Assembly: GCF_036321535.1 (NCBI RefSeq) | Contig: NC_087436.1 | Location: 10,850,001 to 10,914,000, forward strand | DNA: 64,000 nucleotides | Reading direction: 5' to 3' | Origin: Camelus dromedarius | Taxonomy: Eukaryota | In this document: piece by piece, positions 11,791 through 25,369 of the stretch | Layout: every line of letters starts with the position of its first letter | Numbering within the stretch: position 1 is the first letter of the stretch | Notes under the pieces: generated by a model | The model's input: the letters and a program-made list of their open reading frames with translations, nothing else | What the model was told of the DNA's origin: nothing | Database searches by the model: none | Program-made: the position numbers and the translations under genes

Positions 11791-12439
11791 AAATAAATTA
11801 TGTGAAAATTTATCCTAATTAAGTTGATGTCCTCATTTATTTTCTATAGATATTTTTCTGGCTGCATGTGTATCAAAGCTCATTTATATAAAACAAAAAC
11901 TAGTAACTGGGCTTTCTGCACTGGAGCCAAACAATGATGAACAGTAAGTGACTCCCACTCCTGGTGCTATTTGGTATCAGTCCCAGGAGGTCTAGGGACT
12001 TCCAAGTGTGGCCTCAGCCTTAGGAAGGATTTCTGTGCAGCTTGATACTCTGGTTTTATAGGTGGTTTTAGATTTTTTGTTAAGTTGGATTTTGAAGGTG
12101 TTTTTTTTGAAATGAACATGAAATATACTGATCATTACCTGGGGTTTTATACTCATTATGAAACAGATTTTTTATAGTAGGATTTGACTTGCAAACATAT
12201 TTTCATTGATGTAGCCAGTTTTGTGTGAATGGAAGGAGGTAACAGGTTGCAGGAGGGAAGTCAGTGAGCTATGGGGACTGATTAGAAAAAACAGACTTTC
12301 TTTTCAGGCCATCACTCCCCTGACTGAAGCAATAACAGAATCAACTTTGGCCGTCCACCTCCCTTACATCACAGTTGATCAGAATTTCATAGGCTACAAG
12401 CCTTCATGTCTCTGATCACTCTCCACCACTCCACCCTCA

Positions 12440-12922
12440 ATCTTGTTCTTATAAAGACCTTTCAAAAATCTGACATATCGTACCATACATTAAACATTTC
12501 AGTGGTTTATCATCACTACAAACATAAAGATCAAAATACTTAGCTCTTTATGCTCTAATCCCAGTCTGTCTTTCTGGCCTCGCCTACCACTAGGGTGAAT
12601 ACTTCTGCCATAACAAATGACCTGCTATCTCCTAATAAGTCTATGCCTTCACAGAATTTTCTTGTCTTCTCTTGCTTCACCCTCTCTCTGAAATTGTTCT
12701 GAAATCCTTCATCACACACGACAATGTCTTTCCCTGTGTCCTGAAGCACATTGCTTCGTCTCTATAGCAGCATTCACACACGGGGAATTGGAGCTATTTA
12801 TCTGCATATATGTCTTCCCCACTAACAGATGTACTCTTTCAAGTCAGGGGCATTCCTGGCATCTTCACTTGTCCCTGGGGCTAGCCAGTCACGCAGTACT
12901 AGTCTGATGAATGGATGAATAA
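12440..12922 (+). mobile_element. L2 LINE 3' region
   Basis: Pyrimidine-rich L2 motifs ending 'tctgatgaatggatgaat'. Confidence 0.6.
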
Positions 12923-13939
12923 TGATGTCTCTAAGATTAAAAAATCAAGGAGACCTACCTATTATTTCCTACATCTTTGAAGTTTCATCAGTTGAAACAA
13001 AAAGAAGATACTACATTACAAAAATGTTATATAAACTGTTGAGGCTTACTAAAGCTGCTTTTCAAGTCAGGCATTTATATTCATAATCATTCCCAAGTTC
13101 AAAAACTGATTCTCTCCATTCTAAACTCTTGTGATGTCATTAAATTAAAATCACAATTGGGAGGAAAAAAGACTGCTTCGGAAGTTAAGAACTCAAGAAT
13201 TTCCCTTCTCCAGATGTATATTCTTATTTTCTTGCCTAATTTTTGCTAATAATCTATAAATGAAAATTTCAATTATGTAGCTTAAAGATAAAATGCATTG
13301 ATGAATATTTAATCATATAATTCAAAGAGGAAAATTCTGTCAAGTAATGAAAATAACTTGAAAAGGATTCATTCTTTATTTCTGTGCAAGCTAAGAATTG
13401 ATTTTGTGCTCAGTATCTCAAATTGTCATGTAATAGCCCATGAAGGAAAGATCATGAAAAATTATCCTTAAAATCTATTTCTATTTCACCTCTAGAAATA
13501 TATGCATTTTTCAACAAGGACAAAGAAGATATATCAAAATAACTTTAGTTACAAATATGCCACCAGAATCTTATTTAAAGCCTTTAAATGTGTTAATTTT
13601 TTTAAGTAGACATGTTTTTTAATATGATGATCTATAGTATTACAATTGTTTATTTATCTTAATTTTTACACTGAAACTTAAAAAAAAAAATACTCAGTAG
13701 CTCCAAAAATACGATTAAGGATCAGAGGACTCAAAACTCTGCTGACGATAAAGCACATCCTCAGATTATAATTTTTAAATGCTTAAGAATTTGTGAAAGA
13801 TTGCTTATAGCTTTTCCATTCTGATTTTTATAATTCAACAGATCAAACAAATGTCTTGATCCCTCAGATAAATCTACATTGAAGTAATACAAGAGGAAGT
13901 CTGTTTCAGGAAAGATCTAATGTAATAGATTTTCACTTA

Positions 13940-14433
13940 CAGACGGTCCTCAACTTAACAATGGTTCAACTTTATGATGGTGAGAAAGCTAGACACACTC
14001 AGTAGAAACCTCACTTTGAATGCTGAGTTTTAAATTTCCATCTTTTCCTGGGCTGGTGATGTGTATTTCCATCCTCTCTAGTGATGCTGGGCAGTGGCAG
14101 TGAGACGCAGCTCCCAGCCAATCACGGATACAAGGGGAAAAAACTGACACACTTACCACCATTCTAGACCCTGACATCCGTTCTGTTTTTTCACCTTCTG
14201 TATGGTATTCAATCAATTACATGAGACATTCAACAATTTATTATAAAATAGCCTTTCTGTTAAATGCTTTTGCCCAACTATAGGCTAATGTAAGTGTTCT
14301 GAGCACGTTTAAAGTAGGCTAGGTTAGGGGTGATGTTCAGTAGGTTACATGTACTCAATGCGTTTTCGACTATATTCTCAATTTACAATGGTTTTATTGG
14401 GATGTAACCTCATGGAAAATCGAGGAAGGTCTG
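13940..14433 (-). mobile_element. MER47/Tigger5-type non-autonomous TcMar DNA transposon
   Basis: TIRs cagacggtcctcaactta...atcgaggaaggtctg are flanked by TA on both sides (13938-13939, 14434-14435). The internal 'taggctaatgtaagtgttctgagcacgtttaaagtaggctagg' matches MER47. Confidence 0.85.
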
Positions 14434-14814
14434 TACACAGAAGTAAAATCATTGATTTCATGTTATTTGTAGTATTATGAATTTAAACTCAATAAATTTT
14501 GTTTAAACTACTGGTTTGCAGATTCACTGTTTTAGTAAAAAAAAATCTGACTTGTAAAGAGTGATGTCTGGATTACTATTTTAAATGCAATATAATACAA
14601 TTATTTATTTGAACTTAATTCCGTATTTCCTTGACAATTCAGAGATTCTTTAAATATATTTGATTTTCTCAGGTACTTTAATATTATTTATAGGTACTAT
14701 AATCCATTCATTCATTCATCCCAAATATATTATTGATGCTGTATTATAAATTTTGCCAAAGTACTAACTTTAAGAATGATTCTGGTTTACATAGTTCCAG
14801 CTACTAGAAATTTA

Positions 14815-15345
14815 TCATATTTGATTAAATTTAAGATGCCATAAATTATGAATTTCTTGTTATTTTATTTGCCACTAAGGAGGAAAAAGCCACATCTGCG
14901 ATTTAAAACTTTGACCTTGTAATTTGTTGTCATGTAGAATATTTATTGTATCCTTATTGAAAAGGCTAATTTAGATTTACTTATACATAGATTTCTACTA
15001 ACCCCTGTTGAAAAATATATGCAAAATAAATTGCTCAAGAGTATTTCTAAAATTTTTTCATTCAGAGTCTAAATCCTCTGAAACATTTTATAATTCAATG
15101 TGATCAATGCTGTTTCTTTTTCCCCCATACAAAATGATCCTCTGTGCCACCAAGGAGATCAGTGAAGCAACAGTTCTTAAAAGAGAGTTCTAGTACTCTC
15201 CCAGGCTTCTTATACCCACACTACAGGTTGTGATGCTGGTTCTTTCTTGATCTTACCAGAAGATGTCAATGAACAGTTTTCAGGTAACATATAGCAATCA
15301 CTTTCCTTCTCAAATGCTTTTCATGTGGTTTGTTATAATTTGCCA

Positions 15346-15384
<39 letters not shown>

Positions 15385-15458
15385 CCAGTTGTACTGCCAA
15401 CAGGAATGACACAGGCCATAACTAAGTCTACCCATGCGAAGGCAATAAAAACTCTCTT
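14815..15458 (-). mobile_element. TcMar-Tc2 (Kanga/POGK-like) DNA transposon with decayed DDE transposase C-terminus, left part
   Basis: Minus-strand translation gives VIPVGSTTG, NKPHEKHLRRK, LTSSGKIKKEPAS and SFKNCCFTDLLGGTEDHFVW, all pogo/Tc2 transposase-like. A TIR-like 'catatttgattaaatttaagatgcc' lies near 14816. Confidence 0.75.
15350..15382. repeat. (TA)n microsatellite
   Basis: Read directly. Lies inside the transposase remnant. Confidence 0.95.
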
Positions 15459-18144
15459 GAAGCAGCTAAGATGGCAGAGAAGAACCTTAAATTCACTTCC
15501 TCATGGGCACACCAAAATCACAACTAACTGCAGAACAATCATTGATGAAAAAGACTAGAACATTCCAGAAAAGATCTAGAAATAAAGACATTAAGAAGGA
15601 ATCACAACATGACAGGTGTGGGGGGGGTGTTGCTGATTGTGACATAATCAAATCCCATACCCCTTGGGTGGGCAAACCACAAACTAGAGAATAATTATAT
15701 TACAGAGGTTTTCCACAGGAATGAGGAATTCTGAGCCCCGTGTCAGGCTCCCCAGCCCAGTGGTCCAGCACCAGAAAGAGGAGCCCCCAGAGCATTTGGC
15801 TTCGAAGGGGGAGGTTGACTGCAGGATCTCCACAGAACTGGGGGAAACAGACTTCACTCTTAAAGGGCACACAAAATCTCATGTATGCTGGGACCATGGG
15901 CAAAAGCAGTAATTTCACAGGACTGCGGGCAAGACCTACCTGCTAGGCTTTTTCGCCTGGTGAGGCAGTGGGCAGCTGTGGCTCACCCTGGGGACATAAA
16001 CACTGGTGGTGCACATATTGAGGGTCCTTCATCTGTATGAACTCTCCTGGAAGCTAACATCTTGGCATCAAGACCTGGCCCCACCCAACAGCCTGTGGGC
16101 TCTGATGCTGAGATGCCTCAGGTCAAACAACAAACTAGGCAGGAAAACACCACCACCCATCAGCAGACAGGCTGCCTACAGACATAGCCCTGCCCACCAG
16201 AGGGCCAAGACCCAGCTCCACCCATTTTGGTGGGCAGGACCCAGCCCCTCCTACCAGGAAACCTGCACAAGCCTCTGGACCAACCTCACCCACAAGGGGG
16301 CAGACACCAGAAGCAAGAAAAATACAAACTGCAAATGTAGGCCAGACACTACCCAAGAACCAGCTGGTCCCTGGCCCCTTGGGTGATGAGAGGAGAGTGC
16401 ACTGCTGGGACTCATAGGATGTCTCCTTCGGAGGGTCATTTCTCCAAGGTCAAGAAACATAACTAACCTACCACATATATAAAAATAAAAAATAGCAATT
16501 TGGACAAAATGAGGTGACAGAGGAATGTGTTTCAGACAAAGGAACAATATAAAACCCCAGAAGAGAAATTAAGTGATGTGGAGATAGGCAATATATCTGA
16601 GAAAGAATTCAGAGAAAGGACTGTAAAGATGATCAAAGAACTCAAGAGGAGAATGGATGCACAGAGTGAAAAGTTCAAAGATTTTAACAAAGAGTTAGAA
16701 AATATAAACAACCAACAGAACTAAAAAATACAATAACCAAAGTGCACTGGAAGGAATCAACAGTAGACTAAATGCGGCAGAGGAACAGATCAGTGAACTG
16801 GAAGGCAGAGTAGTGCAAATCACTGCTGCTAAACAGAAAAAAAGAATAAAGAATAAAAAGAATTTAGGACAGTTTCAGAGACCTCCACAACAACATCAAG
16901 TGCAACAATGCTCACATTATAGGGGTCCCAGAAGGAGAAGGGAGAGAGAAAGGGCCTGAGAAAATATTTGAAGAGGTAATAACTGAAAACTTCCCTTACC
17001 TGGGAGAGGAAACAGTCAAGTCCAGGAAGCATGAAGAGTCCCATACTAGATTAACCCAAAGAGGAACAGACCAAGACACACTGTAATCAAAGTGACAAAA
17101 ATCAAATATAAAGAGATAATGTTAAAAAGCAACAAGGGAAAAACAAAAAATAACATACAAGGGAACTCCAATAAGTCTATCAGCTGAGTTTTCAGCAGAA
17201 ACTCTAGTGGCAAGAAGGGAGAGGAATGATATAATCAAAGTGCTGAAAGGGACAAAACCTGAAACTTAGGATACACTTTCCAGCAAGGCCCTCATTCAGA
17301 TTTGATGGAGAAGTCAAAAGCTTTAGAGACAAACTAAAGCTAAAATAATTCAGCACCACTAAGCCAGCTTTACAACAAATGCTAAAGGAACTTCTCTAGG
17401 TGAAACTGAAAAGACCACAACTAGAAACAAGAAAAAAACAAAATGGAAAAGTCCACTGTAAAGGCAAACATACAATAAAGGTAGGAAATCATCCACACAC
17501 AAAGATAGTAGGGAAGTTAAAAGACAAACCAGTAAAAATCATCTGTATCCACAATAAGCAGTTAAGTGATGCACAGACAATTAAGTGTAAAATATAATAT
17601 CAAAATCAGTAATTGTGAGGGAAGGAGAGTACAAATGTAGAATATTTAAAATGCACTTGAAATTAAGAGATTAATGACTTTAAAAAAGCATGTATATACA
17701 TCAAATGCTACACAAAAACCTCATGATAATCACAAGACAAAAATCTATAATGGTTATACACATCAAAAAAAGAAAAGGAATCTAACCATAACACTAAAGA
17801 TAGTCATTAACTCACAAGAGAAAAAAAAACAAAACAAGAGTGGGGGAAAGACCTACAAAAACAAATCCAAAACAATTAACAAAATGGCAATAGAAGCATA
17901 CATATTGATAATTACTTTAAATGTGAATGGATTAAATGCTCCAAACGAAAAGACAAAGACTGGCTGAATGGATACAAAAACAGGACCCATGTATATGCTG
18001 CCTACAAAAGACCTACTTCAGATCTAGGTACACATACAGACTGAAAGTGAGAGGATAGATGAGGTAGTCCATGCAAATGGAAATCAAAAGAAAGCTCAAA
18101 TAGCAATGCTTACATCAGACAAAGCAGACTTTAAAATAAAGACT

Positions 18145-19001
18145 CCAGAGAAATGTAAATCAAAACTACAATGAGTAACACCTCACACCAGTCAGAATGG
18201 CCATCATTCAAAAGTCCATAAATGACAAATGCTGGAGAGGGTGTGGAGAAAAGGGAACCCTCCTACACTGTTGGTGGGAATGTAGTTTGGTGCAGCCATT
18301 ATTGAAAACAGTATGGAGATTCTGCAAAAAACTAAAAATAGATTTACCATATGATCCAGCAGTCCCACTCCTGGGCATATATCCAGAGGGAACCTTAATT
18401 CAAAATGACACATGCACCCCAATGTTCATAGCAGTGTTATTTACAATAGCTAGGACATGGAAATATCCATCAACAGATGACTGGATAAAGAAGCTGTGGT
18501 ATATTTATACAACAGAATACAACTCAAGCATAAAAACAATAAAATAATGCCATTTGCAGCAACATGAATGGACCTGGAGAATGTCATTCTAAGTGAAGTA
18601 AGCCAGAAAGAGAAAGAAAAATACCACGTGATATCACTTATATGTGGAATCTAAAAAAAAAAGACAAATAAACATCTTTACAAAACAGAAACAGGCTCAC
18701 AGACATAGAAAATAAACTTATGGTTACCAGGGGTGGAAAGGGATGGGAAGGGATAAATTGGGAGTTCAAGATTTGCAGATACTAACCAATATATATATAT
18801 ATATATAATAAATAAACAAGAAATTTATACTGTATAGCACAAGGAACCATGTTAAATATCTTATAGCCTATGATGAAGAATATGAGAGTGAATGTATGTA
18901 TGTTCCTATGTGACTGAAGTATTGTGCTGTACACCAGAAATAGACACAACATCGTACTTCAATAAAAATATATTTTAAAATTTTTTTAAAAATAAAAAAA
19001 T
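18145..19001 (+). mobile_element. Younger 5'-truncated L1 nested in the endonuclease domain of the full-length L1
   Basis: ORF 18197-18547 ([19 protein letters not shown]) followed by a 3'UTR and A tail. Perfect TSD aaaataaagact at 18133-18144 and 19002-19013. Confidence 0.95.
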
Positions 19002-21979
19002 AAAATAAAGACTGTTACAAGAAACAAATAAAGACACTACATATTAACTGAATGATCAATTCAAGAAGATGTAACAAATGTAAATATATATGCACCCAAC
19101 ATAGGAGCACTCAATATATAAGGCAAATGTTAACAGACATAAAAGGAGAAGTTGATAGTACCACAATAAGAGTGGAGGTCTTTACTATCCCACTTACATC
19201 AATGGCCATATCATCCAGACAGAAAGTCAATAAAGAAACACAGGCCCTAAATGAAACATTACACTAGATGGACTTAATTGATATTTATAAAGCATTCCAT
19301 CTGAAAGAAGCAGAATAAATATTCTTTTCAAGTGCAGGTGGAACATTCTCCAGGAAAGATCACATGCTGGGCCACAAAGCAAGCCTTGGTAAATTTAAGA
19401 AAACCAAAATCATATCAAGCATCTTTTCCTACCACAACAATATGACGTTAGAAATCAACTACAAGAAAAAAACTGCAAAAACTGCAAATACATGGAGGCT
19501 AAACAGTATGCTACTAGACAAACCAATGGATCACCTAAAAAATCAAAGAGGAAATAAAAAAATACCTAGAGAAATGAAGACAAAAATGTGATGATCCAAA
19601 ACCTATGGGATGCAGCAAAAGCAGTTGTAAGAAGGATGTATATAACAATACAAGTTTACCTCAGGAAAGAAGAAAAATCTCAAATAGCCAACCTAACCTT
19701 ACACCGAAAGCAACTAAAGCAAGAAGAACAAACAAAATGCAAAGTTACGAGAAGGAAAGAAATCACAAAGATCAGACCAGAAATAAATGAAATAAATACA
19801 AAAAAAAGAGAGAGAGAAAAGATCAATGAAACTAAAAGCTGGGTCTTTGAAAAATAAACAACATTGATAAACTTTTATCCAAAAACAAGACAAGGATGCT
19901 ACTTTTGCCATTTTTAGTCAACATAGTTTTGGAAGTCCTAGCCACAGCAATCAGAGAAGAAAAAGAAATAAAAGGAATCCAAATTGGAAAAGAAGTAAAA
20001 CTGTCAATGTTTGCAGATGACACGATACTATATATAGAAAATCCTAAATACGCTACCAGAAAACTACTAGGGCTCATCAATGAATTCAGTAAAATTGCAG
20101 GATACAAAATTAGTATGCAGAAATCTGTTGCATTTCTACACACTAACAACGAAATATCAAGAAGAGAAATTAAGGAAACAATCTCATTTACCATCACATC
20201 AAAGAGAATAAAATACCTAGGAATAAGCCTACCTAAGGAGGAAAAAGACCTGTGATCTGAAAAAATAAGATGATGAAAGAAATTGAAGATGACACAAATA
20301 GATGGAAAGATATAACATGTTCTTGAATTGGAAGAATCAATATTGTTAAAATGACTATACCGTCCAAGAAAATCTAAAAATTCAATGCAATTCCTATCAT
20401 TATCAATGGCATTTTTCACAGAACTGGAACAAATAATTCTAAAATTTGTACGGAAATACAAAAGACCCTGAATAGCCAAAACAATCTTAAGAAATAAGAA
20501 CAGAGCTGGGGGAATCACGCTCTCTGGTTCCAGACTATACTACAAAGCTACAGGAATCAAAAGAGTATGGTACTGGCACAGATATATAAATCAATGTAAT
20601 AGGATAGAGAATCTAGAAATAAACTTATGTACTTCTGATCAATTAATCTACAATAAAGAAGGCAGGAATATGCAAAGGAGAAAAGACAGCCTCTTCAATA
20701 AACAGTGCTAGGCAAACTGGACAGCTACATGTAAATCAATGAAATTAGAACATTCTCTTATACCATATGAAAAGATAAACTCAAAATGGATTAAAGATTT
20801 AAATGTAAGACTGAATATTCTAAAATTCCTAGAGGAAAACATAGGCAGAACACTCTGACATAAATCACAGCAATTTTTTTTTGGATCTGTCTATCTCCCA
20901 GAATAATGGAAATAAAAGCAAAAATTTTTAAATGGGATCTGATTAAACTTAAAGGCTATTACATAGGAAAGTAAACAAAATGAAAAGACAACCTATATAC
21001 TGGGAGAACATATTTGCAAATGATGTGACTGACAAGAGATTAATTTCCAAAATATGCACACAGCTCACACAGCTTAACATAGCAAAGTAATAATAATAAT
21101 AACTGAGTAAAAAATGGGTAGAAGACCTAAAGAGACATTTCTCCAAATTCTCCAAAGAAGATATGCAGATGGTCAATAGGCACACAAAAAAATGCTCAAT
21201 ATTGATAACTATTAGAGAAATGCAAATCAAAACTATAATATGGTATCACCTCACACCATTCAGAATGGCCATCATTTTAAAAGCCTACAAATAATAAATG
21301 GTGGAGAGGGTGTGGAGAAAAAGGAACCCTCCTACACCACTGGTTGAATGTAAATTGGATCAGTCACTATGGAGAACTGTATGGAGTTTCCTTAAAAAAT
21401 TAAAAATAGCATTACCATATGATTCTTCAATCCCACTCCTGGGCTTATATTGGAGAAAACTCTAACTGGAAAAGATACATGTACCTCAATGTTGACAGCA
21501 GCACTATTTACAATAGCCAAGACACGGAAGTAACCTAAGTGTCCACTGACAGATGAATGGATAAAGAAGATGGGGTATATATGTACAATGGAATATTACT
21601 CAGTCATAAAAAGCATCAAATAATGCCATTTGCAGCAACAAAGGTGAATCTAGAAATCATCATATTAAATCAAATATGCCAGACAAAGAAAGATAAATAT
21701 CGTATCATTTATATGTGGGATCTAAAAAAAAAAAAGATACAAATGAACTTATTTACAAACAGAAATAGACTCACAGACATAGAAAACAAACGATGGTTAC
21801 CCAAGGGGAAAGAGGTTGTGGGGAGGGAAAAATTAGGAGTTCAGGATGAATATATACACATTACTATATATAAAACAGAAAAAAACAACAAGAACCTACT
21901 GTATAGCATAGGGAACTATATTCAATATCTTGTAATAACCTATAATGGAAAAAATTTTGAAAAAGAATATATACGTGCA

Positions 21980-21999
21980 TGTGTGTGTGTGTATATATA

Positions 22000-22045
<46 letters not shown>
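21980..22045. repeat. Compound (TG)n/(TA)n microsatellite in the L1 3'UTR
   Basis: Read directly from the sequence. Confidence 0.9.
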
Positions 22046-22051
<6 letters not shown>

Positions 22052-22130
22052 CTGGATACTTTCGCTATATACCTGAAACTAACATTACATTGTAAATTAA
22101 CTATAGTTCAGTAAAAAAAAAGATTTTAAA

Positions 22131-22241
22131 AAACTGTGTCTCAACTTCTACCTGGCCAATAGGAACTGTGAGGTTGCATATCAATTTCAGAAATGATAAA
22201 ATGTGTAATATATGTGCGTCTTAGAATCAATATAAAACAGT
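22131..22241 (-). mobile_element. Right-hand remainder of the Tc2/Kanga-type transposon
   Basis: Ends 'gtgcgtcttagaatcaatataaaacagt', resembling the MER104/Kanga-type TIR and complementary to the end near 14816. Confidence 0.65.
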
Positions 22242-23364
22242 GGCCACATATTTATGTTAATATTAGAATAACAGACTTTTTTCAATATGTGTTTTTATGA
22301 TAATAAAATTAGGAGTTCACGTATTTTGTAATCAGTTCAAATTCAACTGGCAAACAGCCTTTCATATACGTTGCTATACAATGTCACCCCTCTTAAAACC
22401 TTCAACAATTTCTAAGATTCAGAATACTATATACTAATTCTTTCTTCTAACCATTCATTCAAGCATCCTCTCCCTTTCCTTCAACAATACCCATGAAAGT
22501 CAAATTTGGTTCAGTATCTTTTCGTAACCAGTAATTTCCATTTTCTTTGAGAATAAGAAACCCTCTGAACATGGAAAGTGTATCATGTGTTCCTTTTAGT
22601 GGCCACTAATTTAAAAAACCTATCATGACAAGAAGCTACTATACATTTAATAAACCATTTAGATAAATTTTATTTATATTATGAATCACAATAGCTGATA
22701 TACACAATTTAAAATTACAGTACATATCATCGAATGACATTTTTTAAAAATTAAGAGAATGTCTCTTGTGCTACAGACATGAAGGAGCCTTGCAGGGCCC
22801 TTCAGGAATCTAAGGCCCATGGTTTGGAACCACTGCTGAAGACCAGCAGTTCTCATAATGTTTGTCATCTTACTGTGGTGTCATGAAAAATTGTGAGAAT
22901 CTAAGGGACAGGTAGCTTGAAAAGAATCTTACTTTTGCCTCGATCCAAACATGTAAATTTCCCTTGTTAATATCGATTTGACAACAAAATAGCCTGAGCA
23001 TTATTGCTCCAGATGTAACTCAACAAATCCAAAGCTCAGGTCCTCCCCATCCTTCCTCCTGCGCCCCTGGCAGCATTACAGATCAGCTGTATCTCTCTCT
23101 CCTCCTGAATCCTGCCATAGACTTGCCATTCTTCTCACACATGACTCAGCCACAATGGATTCACTCGAGTCAATACTACAAGGAGAATCTATTTGCCGTC
23201 CCAACTCTAGACTGTATGTATTTTTCATATGCTACACAAACCACCTGGTTCCTAAGGTTTTCTTAATTTCTTTTTTCCTTTCCTTTAGAATCCTCTTCTT
23301 CTGCCTTCTCTATGAAGCAGGTTCACACAATTAAAATATATCCATTGCACATATTATACACTTC

Positions 23365-24030
23365 AACTCAATTTAATATTTATCAAATGTCTACATGACA
23401 CCCCCAGCACTGTCACAGAAATTGTGGACACAAGTAAAATATTTCATTACTCCTGGTCTCAAGAAATTGACAGACTGAAAGGGGAGGCATGTATACATAC
23501 AAATAATTGGAATAGTTTTTAAAGACGTGACAATTTAAACACACAACTTAAATACTGATTAAGTCATAGAGAAAACTAAAGGACACTTCATACAAGAAAA
23601 CAGTATCTGAAAAGTCATAGAAGAATAAAACAAGATTTTATTTGAACTGAACTGGATTCAATATGGTGGGAGTATAAGATTCCAAGAGAGCAATTGCTGC
23701 AATTAATGCAGAACCACTGGATAGGTTTCAAGTTTTTAAGCTTGTGCAGATACCTTTGAATATTGATTTCACATAAGATAAGAGGCACTGGAATTTGTAA
23801 GAAGAAATGTTCTATGATCGAGATAGTTCTCATAAGAAAGAGAAAGAGTAGTAGTAGGAAGACCAGCTGGTGAGCTTCAACCTTTGCTAAGGAAATGGAA
23901 GAAGAGAACCTAAACTAATGCAAAAGAGGTGGAGGAGGGAGGGTATTTTGAGAGTTACAATCAATTACACTTGATAACTGATTCAATACAGTGTGTGGAA
24001 TGAAGAATAATTAAGGATGAATCAGAAAGC
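23365..24030 (-). mobile_element. L2 remnants
   Basis: Antisense L2 3' motifs: 'aatatttatcaaatgtctac...cagcactgt...tcctggtctcaagaaattgacagac'. Boundaries are approximate. Confidence 0.5.
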
Positions 24031-24148
24031 AAAACAACTATCTCTCTCTCTCTCACACACACACACCCCCCATCAATTAAAGGAGAGAAATCAGACACTT
24101 TAATACAAAGTAGAAATCCCTTAAACAGAAATTTCCAGCCCTGTTTCT

Positions 24149-24360
24149 TGGGATTTCAAAATGTAGAATAGATAAACAAGATTGTACTGTGTAGCACAGG
24201 GAAATATATACAGGATCTTGTGGTGGTTCACAGCGAAAGAGAATGTGACAATGAATGTATGTATGTTCATGTATAACTGAAAAATTGTGCTCTACACTAG
24301 AATTTGACACAACACTGTAAAATGACTATAACTCAATAAAAAAGTTTAAAAAATAAAAAA
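24149..24360 (+). mobile_element. Short young L1 3' tail
   Basis: Near-identical to 2020-2230. Ends AATAAA plus an A-rich tail. Confidence 0.9.
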
Positions 24361-24924
24361 TTAATAATTAGACTATAATCATCTCAAGAAGCATTTTGAA
24401 ATTCTCAAATTAAAAAAAATACATTTTAATTTAAAAAGTAATTAGCCATAACACTAGTTTTGATGTAGTTGCTATCGATTTATGACTCAAGACCAGTGTC
24501 GCAAAATCAATCACTGATGCTTAAGCCCCACCCCACCTCACATTTCTTTGTGAAGATGAGTCACATTTCTTCCATGTCTGTCATAGTTGTTGACTTTTCT
24601 AACCAATAACACAAATATTCCATTGTTGGTTCCAGAAGTTTTAACTGATGGAAGAGCTTCAACTTCTATAATTTAATATCCACACACTTGAATGCAGACA
24701 CTCTGCGTACCCAGATCCCACATGCATGTTGTATATATGATTGCACAGCAGTTGTCACAGAAATACAGTATTTAGGAGAGGTGAAATTTCAAGTTATGTA
24801 AACTTTTTAATACACAAATACTTGCCCCAAATATGACTCTTTTAATGTAGAGGGACCCAAGAAGCCAAAGACTGTGTGTGCAATTTCTCAGGGCCAGATT
24901 TGGTAAGGTTTGGGATGTCCACCC

Positions 24925-25125
24925 AGGAGGCGGTATAGCCCAGTGGTTAATGTAAGTGCTGTAGCTCCAGGAGACCTGGGTTCACGCCCTCACTCTATAT
25001 GATCTTGTGCAATTGCTTTTCTCTCACTCTAGTTTCCACACTTGTAAAATGAAATAATAACCTCTATCTTATAAGTTTGTAGTACTAAGAAAAGCAATTG
25101 ATAGATCGTGTTTAGCACAGTGGAT
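24925..25125 (+). mobile_element. MIR SINE
   Basis: 'tatagcccagtggttaa...agacctgggttc...agtttccacacttgtaaaatg...tttagcacagtg'. Confidence 0.75.
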
Positions 25126-25369
25126 TGAATATAGAAAGCACAAAAGAAAAGGCAGGTATTATTAAAAATTTCTGCCATGCAAGCAATAAGGAAACTTCCT
25201 CTGCAGATTCCCTGAGTCATTAAAAATGGGTCTGGAGCCTTGAGTGCCAGTTGAAATTTAACACTTACTTCCAAAGAACAGAGTACAGGAAGGGCAGGGA
25301 AGGCAGCTGGAGGGTGGAGAGATCTGGTGATCATGTCCCTTTCCAGGTGACCAGGATGCACATGAGCAG

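Larger units (their letters stand above)
15459..22130 (+). mobile_element. Full-length but decayed LINE-1 (5'UTR, ORF1 from about 16509, ORF2 from about 17884, 3'UTR)
   Basis: Starts with a YY1-type 'aagatggc'. ORF1 fragments (EKEFRERTVKMIKEL), EN start (ILIITLNVNGLNAP), RT motif [17 protein letters not shown], and a 3'UTR with A tail are present. Many stops and frameshifts; approximate TSD aaaaactctct / aaaaactgtgt. Confidence 0.95.

Noticed and set aside
19832..20518. 228-aa minus-strand ORF, the longest in the track
   Set aside because: It is the antisense frame of L1 ORF2. The same peptide recurs antisense to the other L1 (45629-46096).
21557..22114. 185-aa ORF
   Set aside because: It runs through the L1 3'UTR and a microsatellite (CVCVYIYI), so it is not a gene.
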